Of a stretch of 64,000 bases of DNA, positions 1 through 12,640 are shown one piece after another. Numbering within the stretch: position 1 is the stretch's first letter; each line of letters begins with the position of its first letter. The notes beneath the pieces are model-generated. The model ran no database searches and was not told the DNA's origin. It was given only the letters and a program-made list of their open reading frames with translations. This DNA is from Takakia lepidozioides (taxonomy: Eukaryota; Plantae; Bryophyta): assembly GCA_030704615.1 (NCBI GenBank), contig CM060734.1, positions 50,716,001 to 50,780,000 of the forward strand, in the 5' to 3' direction. The position numbers were made by a program, and so were the translations under genes.

Positions 1-790
1 CTGATCAGTGTTTGCATTCCTCAGATTGACACCCTGTATATTCATGCTAAAGGGCGTGACATATATATAATATATTGTTATATATTCCCTGTACGTGACA
101 TTTGTCAGGGGCATCCCTAATTCTGTGGTCTGTCTGGCTTCTCAGCTGTACTCCCAGATACGCAGATATTGTGCTCAAGTTTGTGGGTGGGTAGGTATTT
201 CTCTGGAAAATCACCAAGAATTACATACTGCAACTAACACATCTTACAAGCGCGATGCATGCTCTAGTTTTACCGTTGGAACAGGAAGTTCCCGCCACCC
301 TTCAACATGATCGAAAATGGATTCATCAGGTACTACTGTGGTCCCAAATCCTTACCGAGCATTGAACTGGCATTGAACTGGCATTGAATTATGCTTATCT
401 TTCGAATTCTAGCTTTGAACGAAATTCCTCATATTGTTTTGCTCATATACATGTGTTGAAACAACATTCTAGCTCATGCTATGCTTGTTATGCAAGCGAA
501 TTCCTTAAGAACTTAGTGTCCTACACAGAGCTCATGACAATTGACCAACTATTCTACAGGTGTTCAGTATTTCGTTGCCAACGAAAGTGCGGTGCCAACG
601 GCTCACTGAGCAGTTACACTAACGAGGGAGGAGACTATCTATCTACCACAAATTACACCAAGAAAAATAGTATTTCTCCGTCACTAAATGGGGGGCCAAG
701 TGTGCTCGCCCGCTTGCCCACCAGGACTGAGAATATGGGGAGAAGAGAGACTCCGGCCACCAGGTGCAAGAGCTTGACGTGTGAATAATT
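1..790 (+). pseudogene. Partial paralog of the unknown intron-containing gene at 51264-51904
   Basis: Blocks such as aatcaccaagaattacatactgcaactaacac (~209-240) and tcaggtactactgtggtcccaaatc (~326-350) match the reverse complement of ~51587-51712. Peptide CYACYASE resembles CYACCASD. Function not recognised. Confidence 0.35.
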
Positions 791-1289
791 AAAGATTGTC
801 GTGGGTCAGAGGAACGCATACATTCAGCTATGTCTAAACTAAGTTCTTCATCATGAGAACTTAAACCATGATCAATATTGCAGATTGTCGATTGTGAGTT
901 GAGAAATGCAAGAGATAGTACAGGTAAGAAGAACACAGCCGAACTCTACACTAAGCAAAGCCGAATAGAGGTCTATACTGCTCAATTATCTGTGGTAGAC
1001 AGATCGGTTCCTCGCTCCTTGGTGCAACTGGCCAATGAGCCGTTAGAACCGCAATTTCCTTCTGCAATGAAAATGCTGAGCTTGCGGCAACAAGATCAAG
1101 CAACACTGATGGACATCAACAGGATATATATTGAGATATGGAACATCACAGTTTGTATTGACATATATAGACTAGCCCAACCTTTGAACCACTTTCACAT
1201 TGATATATGTATTTGGATTCACTCTGGAGAGACGACCCTTATCGAGGATTACAAATGGAATACTCTTGACGCCTAGCAATTTGTCCGAT

Positions 1290-1640
1290 GAGGTTTGTAT
1301 AGCGAGCAAAGCATATCATAATTAGGAGATAATAATATAAGCTGGAGTGCAGCTGCATGTTGCAACACATGCATAGCAAGATGAGGAATCTCATGCATAA
1401 TATTAAAGCTAGAGCTCCAAAGGCATGTAAGCATTTAATAACGTTCACCAATTATTTGGGAGTACCTGATCATAGATTCACTGGCGATGTATAATACGGG
1501 TTTGGCCTGATGCAACTGAGCAAAGATGTGTTAGCAATAGCTCTCCCACCTACCCACCGAGAAACTCAAGTGAGATCACCCTAAGTTGAGCTAAGGTTGA
1601 TCTCCAAGCCTTTGCCCCCGGGAACAATAGATCTTCTAGC
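1290..1640 (-). pseudogene. Second degenerate paralog of the same unknown gene
   Basis: agcaagatgaggaatctca (~1375) and ctaaggttgatctc (~1591) match ~51503 and ~51777 in the same orientation. The minus frame reads RSIVPGGKGLEINL versus RSIVLGGKCFEINL. Confidence 0.35.
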
Positions 1641-4284
1641 AGGAGCGCGAATGAAACAATTGCAAAGCAATCAATTTAGTTGCAGTGAAGCCACGGAGAA
1701 ATATATTGAGCGAGGCTGATCGGTAGCTGTGGATGCTATGAATAGATTAACAACAAGCTGCAAACCGCGAGAGGCTCTGTCTGTCCGTTGAAGCAACAAT
1801 TTTGAGAAGCTGCCACGTGGTTTATTCTTAACGTGGTTTATACTGAAGAGCTTTTCTAGACCAATCATACTCTTGACACGGTGTAAGGTCCATTGACCAC
1901 ATTTTCTCCACTGACTTCAACATCTCTGCTAACAAGGATTGTTGTTGCAGTCAAGTCACACTTAGATTTGAAATCAGTGTGTTTCGTGACCTCTGCAACC
2001 GCCCATCACGTAAAGACTGTGCGGTGGGCCAAGGACCCACGCCAGCGACTGGGAGTCTCAGGGGTGTAGTTTTCAGCCAATAACTTAATCTGGACTATGA
2101 CATGATGACATGATTGTCAAACTTGCCTCCATCAAATGTTGCATCAAATTGTTGCCATGGAGGTTGGGTGGCGTGTGAGCAGGCTCACGCCCAGCTGGCG
2201 TGAGCACAAAGGCATATTCTAAATAGTCCAAAAGATTCTAGAGACAGATTGCGAAACCAAAATTGTTCACGTGGTAAGAAATACTAAACTATCTAAAACT
2301 GTGCTCACATGAAAAAAATTCATGAAATTAATCGTCCAAAGCTTAACTCGTGAGAGCACAAAGACCCACAAATATATATGCCAGAACTCAAAGATCAGCG
2401 CACGTAAACAATGTGGCATTTGGTAACATTGTGTGTAGAACATCCAATAACCACCCAAAAAAATGGGTTTCGCCAGCAAAACGCAAATGGTTATTGCCAG
2501 CGAAACTTGGTTTTTGCCAACAAAACTTGGATTTTCTTCGGCGCAACTTGGTTTCTGCGAAATTGGGGTTTGGTTTTTGTTTTTTTTTTAAGGTTTCTCC
2601 CTTTCAAGCTCCTTATATATGTTTGAGATTATATATAGAAGCCATGGAGACCCTATTAACGCAGAACGACCCTATGTCCATCTATTATATGTATTTTCGC
2701 TGATATACATATCACCCCTATAACGTAGATCTTGCTCATGTGGTGATTGTTTGTGCTCGCGCCGTTTGTGCTTACACCATACTAATCCCCCTATGAGGTG
2801 GCCCCTCATATTGTAGTGTTCAAGAAGCCTCGAAAGCTTTATTTTGCTTCTTCATCAGCTCACTTAGCTGCATGTTCCATCAAAAAATGGGTGTACTGCC
2901 ACCTCAGTAGCCTACTTGGCCGCTAGGGACTTGTTCCACTTGTCTTGTTGGGCCATGTCTTAAGGCAATGACTTCATAGTCGCTTGGGTCTACAAGAACC
3001 TTAAGGCTAAAAGTAGCTTGGACCTTAAGATTAGGAGTAGGTGATGACTATAGAAAGTACCTATAGTACAACTAGCCTGGCGAGGGATCTTGGTTTCTTG
3101 GGAGGGGTGTCCTTAAGGTATCGGTCAACCAGCCAATATATAGCAGAGTATTTTTCCAATAGCCATGCGAGTCAGTAATTGGGGATGGTCCCCATGAAGC
3201 GGCTGTGTGGAGCGTAGATATTGGAGAGGCGGGGGCCCACATGAATAAGTGGTTGGTTATGCTTGATATCTTTGTCGGGATTGCATTTCGTTATGCAGAT
3301 ATGTACGTTGGGGTCGAGGAGCGGTTGTCCGTGGGTTGTTTCATTTGGTTGACAAACAAGCAAGCAAAGACGGCGCTAGAAGGGAGTGCTTTTGCTAGTT
3401 CTATGAGTTCTTGGATTGCTCTTGGTGAAGCAAGTGATTGACCAAGCAAGTGGCGCATGTGTGGAGCATGCTTTCCAAGTGTGGCTTCCAATTCAAGCTT
3501 GAGGAGAGCTAGAAGGTGAAGTGAGCAAGTTCATTCCTTGTGTATGAGGTGGTGCATGTTGTGGAAGAAAAGCCAAGGAGCTACATAGGCTAGGGCTTGA
3601 AGACAACAAAAGCAACCACTTGGAGAGCATCAAGAAGCTCAAGATGACTCCAAAGGGAAGCATGTGGGTGAGAATTCTATCCATGATGATGTGAAACCAA
3701 GCCTAGAGTATTGAAGAGCTTGGAGCACATGTGGGAAATCATTGGAGGTGGTCTTCATGAAGAAAGGAGATTGTGGCTCACGGCATGCATAGCAACTTCA
3801 ACCATACATTAGCATGTGACAAGACAAGGAAGGGGAAGGTGAAGGTGAAGCTCATGTATTCATTCCCTTTTTGCTTAAGTTTTGTGGTGGATGGTTGATC
3901 AAGCAAGTGATGCTTATGTGGAGCATGCTCTTTAGGGCTTGTGACTTCAAGTTTGAGAAGATGAGCTCTTGAATAGAGGTGTGGATACACATTATGATGA
4001 ATGAAGACAACACCTAGGTCAAGAGGTGGAAGTGTGTGTGACTAGCCCATGCAAGGGAAAGCACATGGAAGATGGCATACAAAATTCAAATTCAAGCAAG
4101 GCTTGGCACTTGTCATTGGGCACATTAGCGTGCTATGAGATCAAGAGGAACTTGTCAATTTGGGATGAATGCATTGCAATGTAAGATAATGAAATTTTGC
4201 ATGCATGTTAGGGGAGAAGATACCATGAAGAAGGTGTTTCTTACTATACTCTACAAACCCTAGTCTCCATACTCTTCAAGAAAC

Positions 4285-4470
4285 TGTATATGGGCTCCCT
4301 CTGCCCATCATACACTTTTGTGAACAGTGTATGGAACCCCTCTTCCCAACATACGTTTTTGTGAACAGTGTATGGGCTCCCTCTGCCCCTTCATACACTT
4401 TTACGAACAGTGTATGGATACAAGTGGAGAGACTTTGCCTACAATACGTTTTCATTAAAAGTGTATGACA
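4285..4470. repeat. ~42-bp tandem repeat, 3-4 degenerate units
   Basis: Unit approximately tgtatgggctccctctgcccatcatacacttttgtgaacag. Confidence 0.75.
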
Positions 4471-4499
4471 TCTAGGGTGTATCTGGAGGAGTATTGCCT

Positions 4500-4830
4500 T
4501 TGGAGGATCTTTGGGGGGTCCTTTGAGGAGCTTTTGTAAGACACTTGAAGAGCTCTTGAAGGGGTGTTTGGAGGACTGTTTGGAGGACTATTGGGGGTCC
4601 TTGAAGACCAATATTTGGCAAACATTTGGAGCATTTGGAGGGCTATTTGGAGGACTATTTTGGGGTCCTTGGAGGCTAATATTTGGTGCGCTTAAGGAGT
4701 CTTTAGCAACTTGTCTGAAGGACTTTTTGGGGTGCTTGAGGGCCAAGATTTGGCAAGCTTTGGGGGCCTTAGTGAGATTGTTTGAGAGACATCTTGAGGG
4801 CTCTTGGAGAGTTATTTGAGAGACCCTGGA
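4500..4830. repeat. Degenerate G-rich tandem repeat
   Basis: Recurrent tttggagga / ttggggtccttg motifs. Confidence 0.5.
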
Positions 4831-5024
4831 AGGTAGTTATGTCTGTTGGTCATGAGCAAGAGCGTTTAGAGATAGGGGGAGACTAGTGGGATGAGAGCAT
4901 TCTGGGATTAGGAATTGCTTTATTCTCTCTTCCCCGTAGTCTTCCACCCTCTATGTAGGCCAAAACCTTTCCGTAGGTGGAGGCAAGAGTCAGTCCGGGT
5001 TTGGGCTGGGGTGTCCTTGTAGGA

Positions 5025-5987
5025 CACTAGAAGAAAAACGCAGAATAACCACTCTGTTAACCACTCATTTTGAGTGGTAAAAGACACTAAACCACTCTGG
5101 CCTCAGAGTAATGAAGAACCAGTACATTAGGACAAGTGAGTGGTAAAAGACATTACGTGGCACCGGTGGTTAAGGACAGTGGTTCGAACCACTCACGTCC
5201 GGGTCCACCTGTTAGCTGACGTGTCACTGAGGTAAACCAACCACTTATGACGTGTCACAGTGGTAAAGTGACGTGTCATAGTGGTAAAGTAACCACTTCC
5301 ATTTTGTAGTGGAGACGTGTAAGCCGGTGGTCCGTGGATGATATTGGAGATTATGTTGACACGTGGCGACACTCTCAGCATGGACACGTGTCGTGTGTCA
5401 GTGCTACGAAATGGATGGAGTGAAAAATTCAATGACTTCCGAAACCACTTGTTGAGTGACCACAAAATGACTCATAGAGTCATGCTATGAAAACTGAGAA
5501 TATACAATATCACTCACAGAGTGGTTATGTGAGTGGATGACGTCTCTCAGCATGTCATTGGAATGAATACCCACAGAGTGGTGTGTAAGCTATTTGAGTC
5601 ATTCATGGTGTCTCTCTGAGTGGGAACTATGGATTGGAGTCATTACTAACAGAGTGGTGTGTAAGTGATTAGGAATACCACTGGAGGAATTCATACCACT
5701 AGTACAGTAATGTATATGTGACTACTTATACCACTATACAAGTGGTAATGTAGGCAATTGTGTGCATTTGGCTACTCCCACAGTTTTAAATTATATCATT
5801 ATTACAGTGATGTGCAAGTGATTATGAACATGACTAGAGGAACACATACCACTAGTATAGTGTTTAAAGAAGTACCATTGGGGATTCAAGCTCCACAAAA
5901 TAGAATAGAATCCCAGATAGTTAGGTGTTGGAACACTGTCAACAAAATCCAGCCATGATAAAAGCACTAAGCCTAACTTTTACACGG
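5025..5987. mobile_element. CACTA (En/Spm) transposon terminus with subterminal repeats
   Basis: Begins CACTAGAAGAAAAA at 5025, followed by many direct and inverted accact(c)/(g)agtggt motifs. A TnpA-like fragment follows the nested LTR element. Confidence 0.7.
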
Positions 5988-6581
5988 TATCACGGACATA
6001 GCCCAGAGGAACTTACCAGGAGTAAATACCAGAAGTTATCAAGTTACCATGACTTACCGTGATTTACCATGATCTACCATTACTTACCATTACTTACCAA
6101 GTTACCGGGAGTTTACCAAATTACCAAGAGTAACTTGGGAAACTACTCAGGAAGCTTCCTTTGGAGGAAACTTCTCCATCAAGATACCTCATTTGTTTAA
6201 GGAAGCTTCTCCATCAAGAAACCTTTGTTTAATCTTGGAAACTTCTCCAGTAAGCAACCTCCATAAGGGAAGCTTCTTAGTAGCCAGTATATATAGGAGG
6301 CGAGATTGGACACTCTCGCCAACACCAGTTCAAGCTACTCTTGTTTCCAGTTCCCAGTACCCTAGCCCAGTTTTCAGTATCTGATACTCCAGTCCAGTTT
6401 CCAGCATTCCAGTATTCAAGTCGTGTTCCAATATCTTGTACTCTTGTTCATTGTTATAAAGATCGTCTTGATTCATATTTACTCATCGTGCATTCGGCCA
6501 CGCTGACCTTGACTTCTTATCTAGCCTTGTACCTCTAGTCTTATCTCTTGTTTGTGTTCAGTCATGTTCTCGTCCTTGACA
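5988..6581 (+). repeat. 5' LTR of the Tcn1-like element (TG mutated to TA)
   Basis: Near-identical to 11653-12273 apart from small indels; ends ...TTGACA. Confidence 0.95.
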
Positions 6582-6583
6582 GT

Positions 6584-6594
6584 TTGGCGAGACT
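6584..6594 (+). promoter_or_regulatory. Self-priming PBS (Tf1 type)
   Basis: TTGGCGAGACT is the exact complement of AGTCTCGCCAA in the 3' LTR (11984-11994), about 25 nt after the TATATATA box. Confidence 0.75.
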
Positions 6595-6619
6595 GCAGTT
6601 TGTTCCTTAGTTAGTTAAG

Positions 6620-7600
6620 ATGGAAGGCACATTTGCGGAAATGGTCGTTACATTGCAGAGTCTTCAGCTCCAGATGCAAGAACTTCGTGCCTGTACTGCC
6701 CAACTACAAGCTGATCAGTCTCAAGACCTTGGCAATGTTCTCAACAATTTGCAACAACAAATTTCAGAGTTGAAGGAGTCGAACAATGGATCTTCAACCT
6801 TACGAGTCCCTACTACAACAAATCTTACTGCAATGGTTCCTCCAAATCTTCAACAGATTACAAGGGAACCAAAGGTCAGCATGCCTGAGAAATTTGATGG
6901 GACGAGATCAAGATTTCGTGGTTTTGTTCAACAAGTACGATTGTTCATACGATTACATCCACAATGCTACTCTGATGAAGGTATTCAAGTGGGATTCGTG
7001 GGCACCCTTCTATCAGGCACTGCCTTATCTTGGTTTGCACCGCTATTAGAGAAAAATTCGCATTTACTATACAATTTTGAAGCGTTCATGTCCGAGTTCA
7101 CTGCAACATTTGGAGAGAATGATAGAAAGAGAGTTGCAGAGACAAAGATGCAAAATCTTCGACAAAGAGCACGTCTAGCTTCCGTTTATGCTGCCGAATT
7201 TCGACAACTTGCGTGCGACCTTGACTGGAATGAGAAGAGCCTCATTAGTCAGTTTCGATGTGGCCTAAAAGATGATGTTAAAGATTTGTTGCTGACAATG
7301 CCAAACATGAATACACTGAGCGAATTCATCACCCAAGTCATTGCATGCGATAATCGTTTGTTCGAAAGACGTCAAGAGAAGCGATCTGGATGGTCGACGG
7401 CGCACCATGCCGCTGCTACTATAGCACCAACAACGATCCATCAGACATCCGGTAATGATCCTATGTAGATTGATGTTGTCCGATTCAAGCCATTGACGCC
7501 ACATGAAAAACAAAGACGGCGCTCGAATGGATTATGCCTTTATTGCGGAGAAAATGATCACATGGCATTAAACTGCTCCAACAAGAGAAGATTCAAAGCT
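6620..7600 (+). pseudogene. gag: Retrotransposon gag with CCHC zinc knuckle
   Basis: PEKFDG..., FRCGLKDDVKD; in-frame stop at 7466-7468; CLYCGENDHMALNC follows in the same frame. Confidence 0.9.
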
Positions 7601-7699
7601 CGGGGCACCACTCAAGTGTTCGATACGAGGAGGTCGGAAAACGAAGATGTCCATCACAGTAGGGACCATGCGGCAAGACACCCCAAATTCCTCACAAAA

Positions 7700-10600
7700 A
7701 AAAATCTCTTTCTACCTCCAGACCATATATCTTGTTTCACAGTTCCAGTAAAGATCAGGATGCAAAATCGAGATATCTCCGTAGAAGCACTTTTGGACTC
7801 GGGCGCTTCAGCGTGTTTTATTGACAAAGACTTTGCGAAGCAACACAATTTAACGCTCGTAAAAAAGAAATTTTCGGCCCCTGTTGAAGTTATCAATGGA
7901 CGACCGTTAGCATCAGGAAATGTTGACCATGAAACTCGACCCCTTGAAGTGAAGCTTAAAAATCAAGCATCACAGATTGTTTTCAATGTCATCCAGTCTC
8001 CAACAAATCATGTGATCCTTGGACTTCCCTGGTTTGTACTTCATAATCCTAACATCGACTGACAATCATGAAAAATTTCGGCAAGACAAAAATGCAAAAG
8101 TACCAAAGGTATTCAACCCCTGTTTCTTGGAGCTAGAGCCTTCATGAGAGCTACCAAAAAGGAGGTGGCATTTGCACTTTATGCGAGAAAAATGCAGACA
8201 TATTACCAGAACATCGACCTTATGACTGTGCAATTGAGTTACAAGAAGGAGCCCAACCACCATTCGGCCCAATCTATAACTTATCCCAGACGGAGTTGGC
8301 TGCATTACGCGAATACATTGATGAAAATTTGTGAAAGCACTTCATCCGACATTCCAAATCACCCACGGGGGCGCCTATCTTGTTTGTGAAAAAGAATGAC
8401 GGATCATTACGCATGTGTGTCGACTATCGCAGTCTCAACAAAGTCACAATCAAGAATCGTTATCCGTTGCTGCTGATTTCTGGGCTTCTCGACCAGCTGG
8501 GACGAACGAAGATTTTCACCAAAATCGACTTGAGAGGAGCTTATAACGTTGTACGGATAAAAGAAGGAAACGAATGGAAAACAGCTTTTCGAACAAGGTA
8601 TGGACATTTTGAATACAGTATTATGCCTTTCGGTCTTACAAATACTCCAGCAATTTTCCAACATATGATGAATGACATCTTTCGAGAATTTTTAGATGAC
8701 TTTGTAGTCATCTATTTGGACGACATTTTGATATTTTCACAGAACAAAGAAGAACATGGCTGCCATGTACGCCTTGTCCTTGATAAATTAAGAGAAAGAT
8801 GACTATATGTCAAGTTGGAGAAATGTCTTTTCCATCAATCTGAGGTCGAATTTCTGGACTACATTATTTCCGACAAATGCGTCTTTATGGATCAGAAGAA
8901 AATACAAACCATCATCGAGTGAATTAAACCAACTTCGGTCCGAGATGTACAATGTTTTTTGGGTTTTGCAAATTTCTATAGAATCTTCATCAATGTCTAC
9001 TCCAAAATTGTTGCACCATTGACACGACTCACAGGGAAGGACAAATTTGTATGGGACGAGAAGGCTGACTAGGCATTTGAAAGGCTGAAGCAGGCGTTTA
9101 CAACGGCTCCAATACTGGTACATGCAGACCCATCAAAACCATTCTTCTTAGAAGTAGATGCATCGGACTTTGCACTTGGCGCGGTACTCTCACAATACGG
9201 TATAGATGGCCGACTCCACCTTGTTGGTTTTCGTTCTCGCAAATCAATTATGAAATCCATGACAAAGAACTTCTAGCAATTATCGATGCTTTTAAGGAGT
9301 GGCGTCATCTATTGGATGGAGCTAAACATCAGGTCACTGTCTATACCGATCACAAAAACCTCGAATATTTTATAAGTGCTCGTGTTTTGAATCGACGTCA
9401 AGCAAGATGGAGTATGTCACTAGCAAGGTTTGATTTTGTTATTATCTACCGTCCCGGACATCTTCAAGGAAAACCAGATGCTCTTTTTCGACGATCGTAT
9501 CTTGCCAAAGGAAGGGGATGCAGTTTTTGACCAACATAAATCTATCATCTTGAAACCAACAAATCTCCAATTGAATATGTTATCCATGTCCACCTATGAC
9601 GATGCCGAGATCATAAAAGAGATTCAGGAAGCACTGAAGAATGACCAATTCACTATGACACTACGAAGTCAACTAAATCGACCTCGAGACAACCCACATG
9701 TTACAAACGACTTCGAGTTCAAAGATGACTTACTTTATTTCAAGGGACTTCTCTATGTACCTCCAGGACCTACACGACTTCGAATTCTTCAAACATGTCA
9801 TGATCTTCCGGCTGCAGGACATTTCGGCTTCAACAAAACAATGGAATTGATATCCAGGGACTATCGGTGGCCGCAGATGTGGAAACTCGTGAAAGAATTT
9901 ATAAAATCTTGCGACATGTGTGCTAGAGCGAAAGGACCACGACATCGACCTTACGGCCTTCTTCAACCATTACCCATTCCCAAGGGTCCATGGTCGTCCG
10001 TGTCTATGGACTTTATTACGGACCTTCCAATCTCCAAGACCATTGATTCAATCTTTGTTATTGTAGATCGTTTTACAAAGATGACACATTTCATTCTATG
10101 TAATAAGACAGTTACCGACGAGGAAACTGCAAGACTCTTCCTCAATAATATCTACCGCATTCATGGACTTCCGAAGGACATCGTATCTGATCGAGGACCA
10201 CAGTTCATATCAAATTTCTGGAGGGGATTATTTCACATATTGGATACTAAGATCAACCTTTCTACAGCTAATCATCCACAGACTGATGGTCAAACCGAAC
10301 GTGTAAACCAGATTTTGGAGCAGTATCTTCGCTGTACGATAAATTATCACCAAGATAATTGGACGGACCTTCTGTGATTGGCTGAGTTTGCCTACAACAA
10401 CACTATACATTCTTCGACCCAACAAACTCCATTTTTCTCCAATTATGGTCACCATCCTCGAGCAAACCCTTTCCACATGAAGACTGTTGGAAGCCGTGCT
10501 GCAGAAAACCTTACTACTTATCTTACTACGATTCACAAGGAGCTTACATTCCACCTCGCAGAAGCTCAAAAATAATACAAGGAGTATGCAGATCAACGTC

Positions 10601-11049
10601 GTCAACTCCAACCCCAGTTCAAGGTCGTAGATCGTGTGTGGCTTCTTCAACGGGACATACAAACCTCACGACCATCAAGGAAGTTGGATTATCAACACCT
10701 GTGCCCATTCAAAATTATTCGACAAATAAATCCGGTCAGTTTTTGGCTTGAACTCCCACGAAGTATGCGCATTCGTCCAGTCTTTCATGTTTCATTATTG
10801 GAGTTGTATCATCCATCGAATATTCCAGGGAAAGTTTCCGTACCACCTCCACCAATCGAAGTCAATCAGGAAATTGAGTATGAAGACTCTCGCATCAAGT
10901 ATAAACGTCTTGAGTATTTCGTACATTGGAAAGGCTACGACATCAGCGAACGAATGTGGGAACCTTCATTCAACCTCGTCAATGCATCTGACAAAGTCCA
11001 AGAGTTTCATCAACGATATCCAGCTCAGTCCCGAGCTACATGTCAATAA
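7700..11049 (+). pseudogene. pol: pol (protease, RT, RNase H, integrase, chromodomain), disrupted
   Basis: LLDSGAS; YLDD; [10 protein letters not shown]; GHFG...C..C; SMDFITDLP; SDRGPQF; TDGQTER; EYFVHWKGY...WEP. Several stops and frameshifts. Confidence 0.93.
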
Positions 11050-11195
11050 GACGTCACAACGATGATGTCAGCCAAGTTAGCTTCAAGGTGAAGACTCCGC
11101 ATTCAATGTACCTGATACACATTAAGGAGGGAGGAGCACCACACATCAGTATATATAGCTAAACTTCCAGCACTCTTGCATCTTATATTGGCAGT

Positions 11196-11597
11196 ATGGA
11201 GTCGCAGGAAACAGATACATTGGAGTTGTCGCTTACCCCGCTACCAGATCAGCCATTTCGACTCTCACAACTTTCAACATCACGCCGACGCTCTCGAGAC
11301 GATGGGCCACCAATGCGACGCGTACTTCCTCGTCTGGACCCCGTACGACGGCAAATGGAGCCTACTCGAAGTCTGATAATTTTGTTGGAGGTTGAGGCTT
11401 CGGACCCAGAGGGCAACGAAATCATGTTTGAAGGCAGTTTCAAAAATCAGAATGCTCAAATCACTGCGTGGTCCCAAGTTCAAGGTGTTGGACACTATCG
11501 ATGGTTGCAGGGACCTATAAATCATTTGAGTCAAGAACAAAGAGCCGAATACTTGGCAAGTACCATTCGTCGGATTTTGGATTTTCTCCAACTCTAA
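11196..11597 (+). CDS. Extra 133-aa ORF between pol and PPT, unknown function
   Basis: Uninterrupted ATG-to-stop ORF inside the element, with a TATATATA motif at ~11149-11157. Confidence 0.45.
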   Translation: MESQETDTLELSLTPLPDQPFRLSQLSTSRRRSRDDGPPMRRVLPRLDPVRRQMEPTRSLIILLEVEASDPEGNEIMFEGSFKNQNAQITAWSQVQGVGHYRWLQGPINHLSQEQRAEYLASTIRRILDFLQL

Positions 11598-11652
11598 GCA
11601 AGTCCAAGATCTTACCGCTCCTCGAGGAACTCGGCGCTAGAGGAGGGGGTGA

Positions 11653-12273
11653 TGTCACGGACATAGCCCAGAGGAACTTACCAGGAGTAAATACCAGAAG
11701 TTATCAAGTTACCATGACTTACCGTGATTTACCATGATTTATCATGATTTACCATTACTTACCAAGTTACCGGGAGTTTACCAAATTACCAAGAGTAACT
11801 TGGGAAACTACTCAGGAAGCTTCCTTTGGAGGAAACTTCTCCATCAAGATACCTCATTTGTTTAAGGAAGCTTCTCCATCAAGAAACCTTTGTTTAATCT
11901 TGGAAACTTCTCCAGCAAGCAACCTCCATAAGGGAAGCTTATTAGTAGCCAGTATATATAGGAGGCGAGATTGGACACTCTTTAGTCTCGCCAACACCAG
12001 TTCAAACTACTCTTGTTTCCAGTTCCCAGTACTTCAGTCCAGTTCCCAGTACCCTAGCCCAGTTTCCAGTATCTGGTACTCCAGTCCAGTTTCCAGCATT
12101 CCAGTATTCAAGTCGTGTTCCAATATCTTGTACTTTTGTTCATTGTTATAAAGATCGTCTTGATTCCTATTTACTCATCGTGCATTCGGCCACGCTGACC
12201 TTGACTTCTTGTCTAGCCTTGTACCTCTAGTCTTATCTCTTGTTTGTGTTCAGTCATGTTCTCGTGCTTGACA
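11653..12273 (+). repeat. 3' LTR of the Tcn1-like element
   Basis: TGTCA...TGACA, preceded by the PPT. Confidence 0.95.
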
Positions 12274-12364
12274 CACGGCGTCTCCGCATGCATGCTAGGA
12301 ACACTGAACTACTTTCATGCCTTCTTATCACTGCCAGCAACGTCTATGCCCGGGCGAACAAAAT

Positions 12365-12640
12365 CTAAGCCCTCTTCATGTTCTTCTCTGGCCAAAGACA
12401 ATTCAAACCAACGACATCCTCCAACATTGTTTGCGGTGGGACCTCTTCCTCGTTAGGGTGAGGCAAGACACAATTGACAATATAGATATCATTCACCTCA
12501 ACCCGCCACAATCCCTCAGGTATAACACGACAATGATATGTATCTTTGTCAGGCACACTAGTGACAATTCCACTGGCAGCCCTGTGTCGTGGTAAATGAG
12601 GATCATACATGCTGATTTTGTCCTTCAACTTAAACTGCAC
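12365..12640 (-). pseudogene. CACTA TnpA/Tnp1-like C-terminal domain fragment
   Basis: The pattern A.G.V...P....H...IP.G..RV.V......LP.P......L.D.VG....WP resembles En/Spm accessory proteins, and it lies inward of the CACTA terminus. Confidence 0.6.

Larger units (their letters stand above)
2790..5024 (+). mobile_element. Probable 5' leader remnant of a DNMT-PHD gypsy element (possibly copy 1)
   Basis: Shares motifs (gcatgtgtggagcatg, ttcaagcttg, acaaaccctag followed by tandem repeats) and their order with 35800-37640. Left boundary is approximate and no A repeat was found. Confidence 0.4.
5988..12273 (+). mobile_element. Ty3/gypsy chromovirus, Tcn1/Tf1-like, full length but defective
   Basis: LTRs 5988-6581 and 11653-12273; TSD CACGG (5983-5987 and 12274-12278); PPT ctagaggagggggtga at 11637-11652; domain order gag-PR-RT-RH-INT-chromo. 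Confidence 0.95.
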
